This document shows positions 40,639 through 53,685 of a stretch of DNA of 64,000 nucleotides, piece after piece. This DNA is from Chara braunii. Taxonomy: Eukaryota; Plantae; Charophyceae. The notes under the pieces were generated by a model. That model had not been told where the DNA came from. It ran no database searches and saw nothing but the letters and a program-made list of their open reading frames with translations. The position numbers and the translations under genes are program-made. Within the stretch, counting starts at the first letter, position 1. Each line of letters opens with the position of its first letter. The stretch covers positions 941,587 through 1,005,586 of the forward strand of contig BFEA01000004.1 of the NCBI GenBank assembly GCA_003427395.1, in the 5' to 3' direction.

Positions 40639-41478
40639 TTTCTCTCACCTACTTCCCACCATTATGTACTCCCTCTCCTTGTATACTTCCAGTAAACGCA
40701 TATGAATGAGCGTCATTAAGAGAACAGACAAAACATAAGTTACGCTTTTACTCTGCCTCCTCTAAAGGGACACGGGGATGTGGGCAGCTGGCACTCAAGC
40801 ATCATCAACGTGGCCAGCCTTGTACGTGATAGGCACAGTAAGAGGAGAACTGCAAAAACAAAGAAAATGGGAGGCCTGCCAATGTTAGTTGATGAAAACA
40901 CAATAAAAAGAACGATATGACGGATTTATTGTGTCTCGTATTGGTTTTACTGTTGGGTTGACCCATGTCAAGTGTGTTGCTTTGCTTGTATAAAGGTGAG
41001 ATTCCTTGCTTGTATAAATGTAAGATTCCGGTGGTTTTGGATAGATATTGACTTTACAAGCAAAACTGTTTCATTGGTGGATTGCCTCATCTTAAGCATG
41101 CTTCATTGTCTGCAATAGAGGTAAAATTGCTATGACTTTGGATCTACTCATCTGGGTGGAATAGGGGAAGTTGTGGTGATAATTCATAACACACGTACTC
41201 GCGTACATCATTTGTACATGAGTGCATGGATGCACTTATGTGAAGGGCGCGCATGTACTCTGTGCAGCACAGGTGTTAACAAGGTTGTGTTCTGGCTAGG
41301 GTTCAATACACAGTGGATTATAGTATGTGACTTTCTGGGTATCTTGTCTCACCTACACACTCTTTCTGGGTGTCCAATATCAGATGGGTAAGGGGTATGT
41401 TTTGCAATTGCTTCTTCCAGCTGGTTGTTGTATACTGACTCCCAAAATGTTTTTCAAAACGTGGCTGCCAATGTACAG

Positions 41479-41910
41479 GATCCAGTGGGGATTATGCAGT
41501 TTGGACTTCCCACCTTGCTGCGTGTTGCAGGTGCACAGATAATCGATCAACTTCCTGAAGCCAGGGATTCTGGAAGAAAACTTGCTGTTGTTCTTCATGC
41601 TGCACACCGAGATTGCCTGAACTGCGAATGCGCGCCAAAGGCCTGGGAGGATATGTGTACGGACCATTTGCCTCCGAACACTGCCCACACCATTATCAGG
41701 TTGACTGGAGCAGTCGAGGCATCAGTGTCACCCTCCGGCACTCGAGAGGACGTGCCTGCGAACAATGGGGTTTCCTCTTCGCCGAAAGCTTCTTTGGGCA
41801 AAGTTTCAGCACAGGAGGGGACACAAAACTGTCCTGTTATCGCCGCGCCTAGTGCTAACAGAGATGCTTATCTGGAATCGTTCTTGCAGCGAGCACCCGC
41901 TGCATCGTAA
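41479..41910 (+). CDS. ARM/HEAT-repeat protein, last coding exon
   Basis: tacag|DPVGIMQFGLPTLLRVAGAQIIDQLPEARDSGRKL...TAA; total ~404 aa. Confidence 0.88.
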   Translation, partial: DPVGIMQFGLPTLLRVAGAQIIDQLPEARDSGRKLAVVLHAAHRDCLNCECAPKAWEDMCTDHLPPNTAHTIIRLTGAVEASVSPSGTREDVPANNGVSSSPKASLGKVSAQEGTQNCPVIAAPSANRDAYLESFLQRAPAAS

Positions 41911-44900
41911 CCTTGGGCCGATTTGTCCTGCTTGACGTGAGTTATGTGTGAGGAACGTTTCAGAGGAGATATCATCATTGTGATGCGATTATTGGTTCAC
42001 ACAGTCGGCAGGAGGTCAAAGCTTGATGGTCGGAGCTTTAGGTCTGTTTCAGGTAGTTTGAACAAGTCGGCCATTTGTAGGGTACAAGTTGGTCTGGCTT
42101 TTGGTGAGTAGCAATGGTTAGGATTGGATTTGCACGGGTTCTTAGTATAGGTTGATGCGTAGCTGACAGTAGCGTGCAGGATATGGTTGGCTGCTAGAGA
42201 AGTCTAGGAGATGTTGCATTCAGATCTGGAGTGGACATCTATCGAGGTGCTCTTTGGCATCGAGAGCCGTGTACAATACAAATGAAAAAAGGTGGTGCTC
42301 CCTTTTCCCCTCAAATAGCAAGGACGCTGCCAGAACTAAACAATTTGTCTTTGATTGAGCCGCTGCTGGCCACTTTCCGACAGGATCTTCGTGGCACCGT
42401 GCGCCAGACAGGGTCCTACACGCCCCGGATGTTGGAGTGCGGACAGTCTCAAGGAGGTGGTTCCCATTGGTCAGTCTTTGGTCTTTTCCCCTGACTCACT
42501 TATGCATCAGCTAAGATGGGATTCTGCACCTCCCATGGTGGATGTGACTGTTATCCTCTCACTGTTCTGAAAGGTCTTTATTAGAGTTTGGGATGTTATC
42601 AGGTCCAGAGTTGTTTGTCTATCCCACCTTACTGTGTGTATTTTGGCAAATTGGATGGGGTTTCGGTTTCCCGGCTTATTCTATTCAGAATGAAAGTGAG
42701 ATCTCACATCCTTTTCTCGAAAGATGGAACCAGACAGGTTTCCGTCAGCGGATCCTATCGTTCTTTCCGCCATGTTATCAGCCAGTACTGTCTGCTGTCT
42801 TTGTCTGGCAGGAGTGTGAGAGGGAGCTCTCCAAGTGTGAACGGAAGAGATGTGCCGCGAGCTATGGGTAACGTTCACGCTGTTGTTCATTCCTTTCCCG
42901 ATATTGCAGTGAAGGATGATTGCAGCCGGGTCTGCAAACCATTCTCGTCTCTCTTTCTGGAGGGAGGAACAGAGTTGGCGGAAGGCCCAAGCAAAGGGGC
43001 AGGGTTGATGGGAATGTACAGAAGGGGGTCCGGTTCTCCTTTTCTTTATTTTTACGGAACATACATAGCGACACTCAGGAAAATATGTGTACTTGCACTG
43101 AGAAACGCGAACCCTGCGTGGTGCCTGGGAGGCGATGAGTGCAAATAGCCGCCACCAGTCTGGTGAGGGACTGCGTCATGTTGATTGGATCTGCAAGGTG
43201 CAGGCATCGAGCTGGTTGCAAGTGAAGGAATGTTTGCGGAAACACCAGCCATGATGTTGTTATCCTTGTTTTGGGAACATGGATTCCGTGCGACGCAGCT
43301 TTATGGATTTTCTGTTTAGCATGTTGAAGGATGAGGAGGAGGTATTTTAGCTCCGATTCATTGGGACCAGTGGAGCATTTGCCATTATCCTAGGAAGCGA
43401 AGGAAGCCCCTGCCATCATCCTAGGAGGTGACCGAAGCCCACATGGCGCTCTGCGGGTAACAGAGCGAACACAATGAGTATTGCATGTAAGCATTATCTG
43501 GCTGGAATTTGAGTTTCAGCGTGTTCTCTTGAAGAATGGTATTGAGCAGGTGAGTTTACAAGGGTTTCACAGCGGCATGGAATTTGAGGTTTTTATTCTT
43601 GTGTTGCATTTTGCGTGTGTTTCTCTCCCTTCTCTTCCTGCTTTTTTTAATGGACTGCATGGATTTCTCAAGGAGTGATTTGGGCATGGTGCATGCAAAC
43701 GTTTCAAAAGTCCTCGGAGGATTGATTTCATGGGAATACAAAGGAAGAGAGGGAGTCCGTGTGCTGAATACTTTGTTGATGCTTTTTTCCTCGAGCCATC
43801 TCATTTGCGATGACCCTGCGGTATGTCTCTACTTTCATGCTTAACAAGATTTGGGCAGGGATGATGACAATTTGCCAAGGTGGGAGTGCGTTGAGACTGA
43901 GCATTGTTACAAGCACAGCGGAACGTCGATGTGCTCGTTAAAATGTATGCTCGTTGGTGTGCTTAAGGAGCTTAGCTTGCCTGCAGTCGTTGAGTTTGGA
44001 CATACTGCCCAAGGATTTCAAGCGCCCTTCAGGACGGTCGTCTCCAGGTCAGTGATTGGATGTGCTCGAGTACTCAGAAGATTGTCTAAGTTTGTGCATT
44101 ATACTTCGTAGCAGCTTGCCTTTCTATCATGTCAGAAGACGCAGAAGTCGATACAATTTTGCCAGTAAACCACCAGTACTCCCGAGCCTATTTTTACCGA
44201 ATCTGGTGTCAATTCCAACCCTGGCTTACCGAAAAGGACTCCTCTGCACCGTTTGCCATTTGTTCACCCGAATGGTCAATATTTGCAGCCGATGCGTCTG
44301 GGTTGTATCACGCAAGGACGGCCCAGAGCGTGGACCGATCTGAACTTTTTGTGATTGGCTGTGAACCTGGACATGACCCACATCCGTGGCGAGTCGGAAG
44401 TTAATGGTGATTGCGAAAGAATCCTAGAGTGCCGTTACAACAAGTATCCAGATGGCCAGCTGATATGGGATGGTGCTCCCGGCCAATGGGCCAATGCGAC
44501 CTGGGAGGCCCAGATTGAACCTCTGCTTCCCATGCAACACCACCCTGCCAAGCTGCCATGCGCATCGGCTCTCTCTGCCCACTGTTCCAACTGGCAATGT
44601 GCCGAGCACCGATCCTCTCTTTCACGTTTGGTTGTGAGATTGACAGTCGCTTTCATGAAAATGATATTGCACTAAGAAAGGTGGGGGGGAGGAAGTATGA
44701 TGATCCAGGACATGATAGAGTCTCTCCCACTGCTGCACTGCACCCCCTGCTTTCCCCTGATCGTATAACTGCAACCGAGGAGCAACTTGACGAGGAAGCG
44801 GAGGGAGGAGCAGGCGGCAGGATTAGAAGTGGGAGATGAGGTCGCTGTGACACGTTTCGGATACATGTGAGGTATTCCATGATCACTTTAGTAAAAAAGG

Positions 44901-45081
44901 AGGAGAAAAGGAGGGAGAGGAGGTCGCTGTGGTACATGTCAGGTATTCCATGATCACCGTTCGAGAAATGGAGGAGAAAAGGACTGATGAAAAGTGAGGA
45001 GGAGGAAGAGTGGGAAGAAGGGGAAGGAGAAATAAGCAACATGGGGAGGCTTTCATCATGCAACTTCAAAGGAGGAGGAGA

Positions 45082-45207
45082 AGGTAAGGGAGAAGAGGAG
45101 AATGCAGGAAGCTTGAGGAGGTCTGTGATGTGCAAAGTTTCAGGAGGTAAGGGAGAAGAGGAGAATGCAGGAAGCTTGAGGAGGTCTGTGATGTGCAAAG
45201 TTTCAGG
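45082..45207. repeat. 63-bp tandem duplication
   Basis: Translates as GKGEEENAGSLRRSVMCKVSG twice. Confidence 0.9.
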
Positions 45208-46659
45208 CATGCCGTGCAACGTGGAATGCATATTGGGATTGGATGGAAATGAAAGAAGGAACGGAGTTGACGAGGGAGGGAGTGTTCACTGTGGCACTTT
45301 GCAGGTATGTTGGAATTGTAACAGCAATAACAGGACGAAGAGGAGGAGGGGAAAGACCAAAAGTGATAGAGGGAGGAGAGGTTTGTCATACTCAGTAGGA
45401 AGCATGATGTAGGTAACAGAACCAGAGGGGCGAAAGAGGAGGAGCAAGAGCAGGAGGAAGAGGAGAAGAAGAAGAAGAATTGGAGCGTGGGAGGGGTGCA
45501 ATGACACAACGATGAGGACAGCGATGACCAAGACGATGATAAGTGAGTCTACCCTTACCATTCTTTCTTTTTGTTTTTCTACCTCTCTCGTTCTCTCTGT
45601 CTTTCCATCGTGCGATGGAATGCTCACATTACGATGCAGGTGATGATTGATGTGTGATGGCAATATGGATTCTTTTGTTTTCAATTGAAAAAAAAAAACA
45701 GAGAGAGAGAGAGAGAGAGGTGCAACGGATCGTCAAACGTGATGATCAACGAGCGGAAAGCAAGGATAGGAGCTACAGGAGTAAACGTTGGGAATGGGGC
45801 AGGGAGGAGATGGAGGGCGATGGGAAAGTGGCTCGTGGATGACGGGGGGGGAGCAAACTCAATGCCAAGGAAGCACAATCTATTCCCAACGATCTTTCTA
45901 GATTCTTTTGCCCCATCGCTCCCCACCCCTCCCCCACCTCTCACCCCTCTCTCCAGACACCGCTCCCCCACCTCTCCCAACCTCCCGATCGTCTCTCACC
46001 CACATCTCATCCACCTCTCCCCTGCCTCTCACCCACCTTTTGCCCATCTCTCCGCCATGTGCCCTCGGGCCTCGTGCCCACCTCCGCCTTGACACCTCCC
46101 CCAGTTTGCACCACACACCTTATCTCGTTGCAACTACGAAACCCTCAAAAGTTCAGTGAGAGAGTTGAAACGATCTGTTTGTCTTTCCTTTGCTTTGCTA
46201 ATTTTTGTGGGAGCCTTCCTGCCAGCTCTATCGATTCCTCCCCTCGTCTCCCCGTCTCATGACCATCTCCACATTTGGGTTTCGATCTGGAGTCTGGTTG
46301 CAAATCACAGTCTTGGGTCTGGGTGTGGGTCTGGGGTCTGGCTCTGGGTCTGTGTCCCATCATGCTTTTGATTGCGAGCGGAGCCGCAATAGGTCGTCTA
46401 GTTGTTCATTGTATGTGCTGTCATGGGTTCAATTCCCCATGCCTTCGATTCGAACCCCCACGGCTTCCTGCCGGGGGAAACACCCCTACGCAAGTGGTTA
46501 ACCGGTTTTTCATTGTATTTTATTTTTTTGTTAAGAAGTTGGTATGATCTCCACTCTATGAATTGGGGCCAAGTTTGGTTAAAATGACCCTTTGGGTTTT
46601 GTTATAAATGGCGGCATGACAAGTTGTCTGACAATCGGGGCCTCGGTTATCTGCCTCTC

Positions 46660-46790
46660 AATCACTAGTACACCTGGGTTTGGAGGCGCTCCACCGCACA
46701 CCAAGCTCTGCCGAACCGCCAGCGGCGCACTTTTTTCTTTTTTGGCTGGTGCCGCCAGCCATTGTGGTCTGGTTGGCCTGAGGCACTAAT
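46660..46790 (-). mobile_element. Diverged inverted copy of the 1061-1222 MITE
   Basis: Reverse complement cacaatggctggcggcaccagccaaaaaagaaaaaagtgcgccgctggcggttcggca aligns to ~1117-1177. Confidence 0.6.
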
Positions 46791-49439
46791 GTTTTGGTGT
46801 AGGCGAAGAAGCATTTTCTGCGGTAAGTCTTGCCGGAGTGAGGAGATGGGAATTGATGGTTTTTTTTTGAGTTGTCTCAATTTTGCAGTAGTAGCTCTCT
46901 AATTAGCTCTAATTTTCGGTAGCCAAGCCGGGTAATGGTCCCGGTATCTCAAACTTCCAAAATTCCATGTAAATTTCCATATGGGACGCTGGGCCCGGTT
47001 CCCAGCACGTGTTGCTCCCCACGAATAGATTGGAACCTTGTTCCCATTAAAAAGAAAAAAAAGAAAAAAAAAAAAAGCATTTTCTGCAAGGCTGGGGCCG
47101 TGTATTGGAGGTCTAGTAAGCAGCCTTCTGTTGCTTTGGATAGCTAGCCTGCCCGCAAGAGGGAAACATCGTTTTCCTCATTTTTTTCTTTCTTTTTTTT
47201 TTAAACAGTTTTCAGTTGGTGGAGGTGATGTGTGAAGGTGCTTGTCATTTGAACAAGCAGGAACACCACCTGCATTGGGGCAGTACAGCTTTGCAGCAGG
47301 GCAGATCGTGAGATCGAGAACCAAATCTTGCATCGAAGGGGAGCGTTGAGGGAGTTCTGGAGGGTGGGATGTAGGAGAGGAGCACTAGTGATTGCATTCC
47401 GTCAACAACATTTGCATTGGCAAATGGATGCGCCTATGAGTGGACCCGAACAGGAGGTCTGAGTGGCCTTGGATTTAGTGGAGGACTAGGACCGATAGCC
47501 CTTTGTTTTAGTTGGAGAGCCAAGGCAAGAGACCTGCATGATTGGCATGGATGCATGCGACGAATGGTACTCGTCACAAGTAAATGCGTAGAAGTACGGC
47601 GGTGTGGTTCTACCTGGGGAGCCGGGGCCGGCTGTGCGTTTGCCAGGTACCGACTCAGGTGGGGCCTGAGTGGGCTAGGTCCAGGTGAGGTCCCTTGTAG
47701 TTCCAGCACAAAATAAATTAAAAAATCCAGAAATCTCCGAAAGGAAACAAAATGTTGTGTGAAGAATACAACCCCAATTATCAAGTATGGCCACCTGGGG
47801 GCTTGATTGGTGCAATTCGGGGATTTGTTTTTGGTTATGCTCTGCGACCTTAAGCTGTGTGAACCTGCGCAAACACCCAATGCAGTTGGTACACCCTTGA
47901 ACTGTTGAAATACACACCTGAGCTAGAACTTCACTGGAAACAGATGAGCAAAATACTTCATTTCTGAATTATCTAGGACTGGTCAGTTCGATGACCAGAT
48001 CTCAAGGTCATCGCCCTTTTATTATAATACAAGAAAAAGACGAAGAACCGAAGAGAACTTGCCCTCTGACAAGAACCCCATTGCACTCTAGTGTTGGAAA
48101 TCATAATTGCTGTGTACTTGTATTCTCCTTCTTTGATATCGACTTTACTAAGGGGCTCGCCACACAACTGTCGAAAGGCGGAAAAATTCGATGGCTCTCT
48201 GAATAAACGCGACAGCCGCCCTCTCGACAGTTTTGCAGCCACACAGCACTGTAGAATGGGCGCGCTTGTGAATGCAAGATGGAAAAAGATGAACGCCCCT
48301 AAGGGTACGACAAGCGTAGTCCATCCCGACCTCACGCCCAGGCACCAAGTTTCGAGCAGAAGTTGATTGGGCAGCCAAGGACGGTTGAAAGCATCAGAGT
48401 AGCAGGTTGGGGATTCAACAACGACTTCTGGAAGGAGGTGTCGAGAAGCATTCTCTGACAACTTCCTTGTGAATTTTCTTCCGGTCTCGGATTTCGACAG
48501 GCTGTGTGGCAAGTCGACATCCCTGTCCTAAGTGCCCGGCTCCACACTTGAAACTATTGAAAATCGTGTTTTCGACAGTGGTGTGGCGAGTCCCTAAGGG
48601 CCCGTCCCCACACTTACACATGTGAAAACGACAAAAATCTATGGCAGGTGTATCATGACCATCTCATGAGAGAGGGACAGGGCCTCACTGCACCACATTC
48701 TACATTTTGCATGTTTGGGGCCTCGCCGCACCCCACTCACCAAATGTGGAAAAGACGAATTCATGTGGTGTGTATGTTTCCACATTCTAGCCTGAAACCT
48801 ACTCTCATTTTGCACATTTGGTGACTGGTGCAGCGAGCCCCTTGGTCAGTAGTGTGCGGCCAGCCCCTGAGAGGCACTTGCGTAGGGGGTTAAGTCCCAC
48901 TTCCTCAGATCCTTCATTTCTGGCTGTTGATCTTCGTGGTCCATGATTAGAAATGGAGAACTTACTACTACTTACTACTTGGCCCTTTTTTTTTTCCCTT
49001 TTTTTTCCTTCCCCCCCCCCTCCCAAAGCGAGAACTTAGCCTTGGTTAATCCTTGATGACCATGCGTCTACTTGTATTTCCCGTTTTTGTTTTACGTCTT
49101 GTTTTCCAGCTCATGATCTGTTTCGTAAAGCCCTTTCCACAGCACTCAGGAAACCGAAGAAATGGCGAGGCACATTTTCCCTCAGAATGTGGCTGCATTC
49201 ATTCGTTACTATGCCCATCTCCTTCGTTTCTCAGCACTTTGGCGAGGCACATTCAAATGCTCAGTCTTTCCCAACTTGGGCTAGGTGTGCCGAAAAATAC
49301 AAATCGTTGACACACAAATGGCCCTGTCAGGAAAAGGAAGGAAAACCGGGCAGGCACAGGACGACAATGTGGCGCAAGCGAACATTCCCAACAACCCTCC
49401 CTAAACAAATCTCTAAAGAATCTGTTATGGTATTTAGTG

Positions 49440-49623
49440 TGAAACCACCAGTACCTTTGACGGCTCGAAAATACTCGGCCTCCGACCTTTCAGGAGGCCG
49501 AAACGAAACGACGGCTGCCGATCAGATTTATCAACGGCAGCCATTGTCGGGCCCAGCCTCCTAAAAGTTCGGGTACTGGCCAGTACCACGTCGAAAATAG
49601 GCTCGGAGGTCATGGTGGTTTAA
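49440..49623. mobile_element. ACCACCAGTAC-TIR MITE
   Basis: tgaaaccaccagtacc...ggtcatggtggtttaa. Confidence 0.55.
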
Positions 49624-49737
49624 ATATTGGAACGCACTGCCTCCCGCGATAGAAGTAAGGAAAAGAAGAAAGGAAAAAAAGAAAGAAAAACAAATCACAC
49701 AAATGCCTGGCCTCCCCCAACCACTTCCCAGTCCCAG

Positions 49738-49810
49738 TAGGTCCCGGGTGTTGCCTAGGTCCCGGGTGTTGCCTAGGTCCCGGGTGTTGCATAGGTCCCG
49801 GGTGTTGCCT
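49738..49810. repeat. 18-bp tandem repeat x4
   Basis: taggtcccgggtgttgcc. Confidence 0.9.
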
Positions 49811-50050
49811 GTGCCTGTTACTAGAGACCTGGATTATCGTTTAATAAGATAGACAAAATAATTGCAATAGAATTTCGGTACTTGCTTGGGCCCAGCTATG
49901 TTTTTTCAAGGTGGGACACTTCTAGGTGCCTAAAATTTCAGGAGTCGCCACCGAAAGTTGCGGCGCTGACCCGCAGCTGTGCAGTGGGCCAAGTACTTGT
50001 TTGGTACGAGGATCAGCTCAAGATTCATAAGTTCATCGTAACTCATTTCT

Positions 50051-50128
50051 GATATTAAAGTTAATAATTAAACTGGTTAGAACAGATACTACACTTGATG
50101 ATCTTAGCCGAAAGGCCGAGAAAGGAAT
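50051..50128 (-). pseudogene. U2 snRNA 5'-fragment pseudogene
   Basis: Minus strand ATTCCTTTCTCGGCCTTTCGGCTAAGATC(ATC)AAGTGTAGTATCTGTTCT matches the U2 5' end including the branch-point recognition sequence GTAGTA; Sm site and 3' half absent. Confidence 0.9.
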
Positions 50129-50290
50129 TCCATAACTCATTTCTAGATAAACATAAAGCTTCTAGATAAACGTAAAGCCGAAAATCTGGGCCCAGGTACA
50201 TCTGTGCCTCTCAGATTCGCCCTTCCCATCACCAGATTGGAAGATGGGGGCGGATTCTTATGGACTGTTTGGAGCTATTACCGCGATCTT

Positions 50291-50328
<38 letters not shown>

Positions 50329-51423
50329 AAAATTTTGCTCCTCGTTCTGCGACATGTCAGGACCTGGTTATATTGGTGGAAAATTTTGAATGAGAAGGTT
50401 TTGCATTGACGTACGGGACGATGTAGGGAACAATTCCATCCTAACCAAACAAAACGAAAGCCTTCGGAGAGAGAAGAGGGATGATGGTGAAGCATAGAAG
50501 TAACCGAGAGAATGCATGGATCGCGCGTTGGACTTCTCTACGAATCTCTAGCCTGACACGACCTGCAACGTCGTCACGGTACTGCCCCTCGTCATATCGT
50601 CGTACTGGGAATGCTGTCCCTCATCATATCAGGCTACTGTGGAACATATCAAATGACAAATGGGAACAGTTTGTTTTTTTTTCTCTTTTTTTTATTATTT
50701 TAGTAAAAAGGTGCGGTCTTGAGATATATCTTTCTTTTTTCCTGTTTTCTTATTTTTGGTACAACTGCTCGTCGTGGGCAGCCACACGTGCTGGGAACTG
50801 GGCCCAGCATCCCTTGGATTATGAAAATACAATGTAATGAAAGCTTGTGAAAAGCCTTTCCCTGCCAGCATTGATTACCCTGGGTGACAGGGGATTGACT
50901 GAACAGGGTCTGGCGACTGGCCGGCAGCTAGAAACTGGGTGGGCCCAGCGTCCCTTCACATCGCGAGTGGGAATACTGCCATGGTACTGTGGAACATACC
51001 AAATCATAAATGGGAATACGGTCAATAGTTAAGTGCGTGCGTGCGTGGATACGAAATGATACGAGCCACAGTGTGGCTCTCAACATCATCGGGAGCGAGA
51101 TATCGCACGAGTCCCAAAAAAGCCACAGAGGTGGATTTCGTTCCGTGCTGTCTGTCTGTACTTCGCCCAGTTTGCCATGGTTGGCGTTGGTTGCTCTCCT
51201 CTCTCTCAAGGCTTGCAGTATGTCGGGTCAAAAGCCGCCACGGGGTCGAATGCTTGCCTAGAAAACGGATTTTGCAGAGAGTCACGCTCTAAGAAGGCCT
51301 TTCAGAGTCGGCTTCCGACTGGAACCAGACTGTTCGGCGAACTACGACAACATTTCTGAGAGAGATTTTTTTTAAGTTTCTTGGTTGATGTTTCTACGAA
51401 TGGAGGGATTACAATGAACTAAG

Positions 51424-51427
<4 letters not shown>

Positions 51428-51492
<65 letters not shown>
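51428..51492. repeat. Poly(A) tract of ~65 nt
   Basis: Direct; a poly(T) tract also lies at ~50294-50328. Confidence 0.95.
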
Positions 51493-51493
<1 letters not shown>

Positions 51494-51918
51494 CGCAGTG
51501 TGGCCCTCGTCTCTTGTAGGAGGGCCGCTGGTGGTATCCCGCGTCTGGGTTATTGTGGACAGCGAAAGGGCCAGCACAGATCGCTATGGTGTATGCTTAA
51601 GCAAGGTCTGGTATTTTGTTGTCAGTAAAACTTATATGCATACTTGTTACATAAGTCCCTTTAATGGCTGATAAAGAATGTGGCTACATTTGGGATCAAG
51701 TACATCCTGAGAAGAACGGCTGCCTTAGATGCTCCCCTAGGTCCTGTTGCCCAGTGCCAGAGACGTCTGTGCAGTCACCATAAATGCCCAAGGCCACAAA
51801 GTCATTCTTCATTTGCTGGCTTCTCGAATTGTCAGATGGCGTTTTGTAAGGGTAGCTTTCCTCTTTGGTAGCTTTCCTCTTGTCCTCTTTTGTCCTCTTT
51901 TGTCCTCTTTTGTCCTGT

Positions 51919-52179
51919 TCGTTTGTGGTCGTAGATCCATGTTCTGCTGCTCCTCTGCGCTACGCTTTCTCTGTAAGTGCTCGTAGATCCATGTTCTGCT
52001 GCTGCCCTGCGCTACGCTTTCTTCGTTTGTGGTCGTAGATCCATATTCTGCTGCTGCCCTGCATTACGCTTTCTACGTTTGTGGTCGTAGATCCACATTC
52101 TGCTGCTGCCCTGCAGTACGCTTTCTTCGTTTGCGGTTGTAGATCCACATTCTGCTGCTCCCCTGCGCTACGCTTTCTT
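51919..52179 (+). repeat. ~52-bp minisatellite, ~5 copies
   Basis: cgtttgtggtcgtagatccaYRttctgctgctgccctgcgctacgctttct units. Confidence 0.9.
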
Positions 52180-52882
52180 CAGTATTGCAAGGGAAGAGCT
52201 GACAGGTTTTAATTGAACATCTCATGCCAGTCGGTTTTTCACATTCTGTGCGAATGGCGAAGAGTAAGACAAGGCCCATAAGTGTGTGTGCGTGTGTGTG
52301 TGTGTGTTTCTTTTTATTTTGTTAATCTGATCAGAAGAGCTAGCCAAAAGCCTGAGAAAGGTAGTTGCCGATATCAGGACAGGGCCGTATGTTTTCTAGG
52401 CCTCTTTTGATGCCATGTTTGACTCATCATGTGGCCTGCGGCCCATAGGGCCTTGCTCCACTGCACAGCATTCCAAATGTATGTAGAGCTGATCCTGGTC
52501 TCACTACATTCTAAATGTTCCGCCAGTTGGAATGCATCTGGTCCTCTGGTTCACCCCACAGTCTAGATACATGTATGTCGAGTAGTGGATCTAGGCTCAT
52601 ATCAGGTGCATGCACAAGGGAACCCCTGGTATATCTCATTTGTCTATGGTCGAAGGACACAAGCGAAAAGTCTCTGGCAAGATCCAAAGTAAATCTACAA
52701 ATAAATAAATAAACAAATAAATTCTCACGTACTTGGCTTGTGCGTTGGCGACCCTAGATCTTTGTAGCCTACATTTCAGTACAACGAATGCAGTCAAGTG
52801 GGTGGGACCTTGCCCCTTGCATCATGCTATATTAGCTGGTTGTGTGCTTTAGTTCAATTTGGACCCCCAGTACATCCGAGGC

Positions 52883-53222
52883 TTAGACCACCATTACCTC
52901 CCCGTTGTTTTTTCGAAGTCGCGGCCATTAACGCGCCGCGACTTTCAGGGGTTGGGCAAGCCAATGCCTGGCCGCTTCAAAAAAAAAAAAAAAAAAAAAA
53001 AAACCGAACTTGAGAATCTGTTGCGCGTGCAAAAGAGAGAGAGAGAGAGAGAGAGAGAGTCTCGGCGGCCTGTGCGGGGTGCTCTGCGCAGCCCGCCCGA
53101 GACTGCCGGCGTCACGACTGTCGAAACATACAACAAGGCATCATGGCGCCGATGGCGGTGTATCTTTCCATGTTCTAGCGGAAGATTCACTCTCGTTTTG
53201 CACATTTCGACAGAGTGCAGCC

Positions 53223-53285
<63 letters not shown>

Positions 53286-53559
53286 GCGCCCCCCCCTCTC
53301 CCCTCACGCACTTGAAGTGAATGAACCATTCCCCATTATCGGGGAAGATTAATTCTGTTTCGAACAGACAACCCCTCCTCGTGTGGAAACCGAATGAATC
53401 TTCCCCAATGATAGGGAATGGTTCATTCACGTCTAGTGCTTGAGGGGAGAGGGAGGGGGGGGGGGCATACACAAACACACACACACAGAGAGAGAGCCAA
53501 AAACGGTGCGTTTGCTGCGCCACTGCGCAGTGAACGGCGTTAATCTCTGTCCCCTTTTC

Positions 53560-53651
<92 letters not shown>

Positions 53652-53652
53652 N

Positions 53653-53685
<33 letters not shown>

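Noticed and set aside
42500-45500. Possible hAT transposase remnant
   Set aside because: Only vague resemblance; no convincing motif
46385-46445. tRNA-like TCTAGTTG...GGGTTCAATTCCC
   Set aside because: No anticodon arm or acceptor stem can be formed
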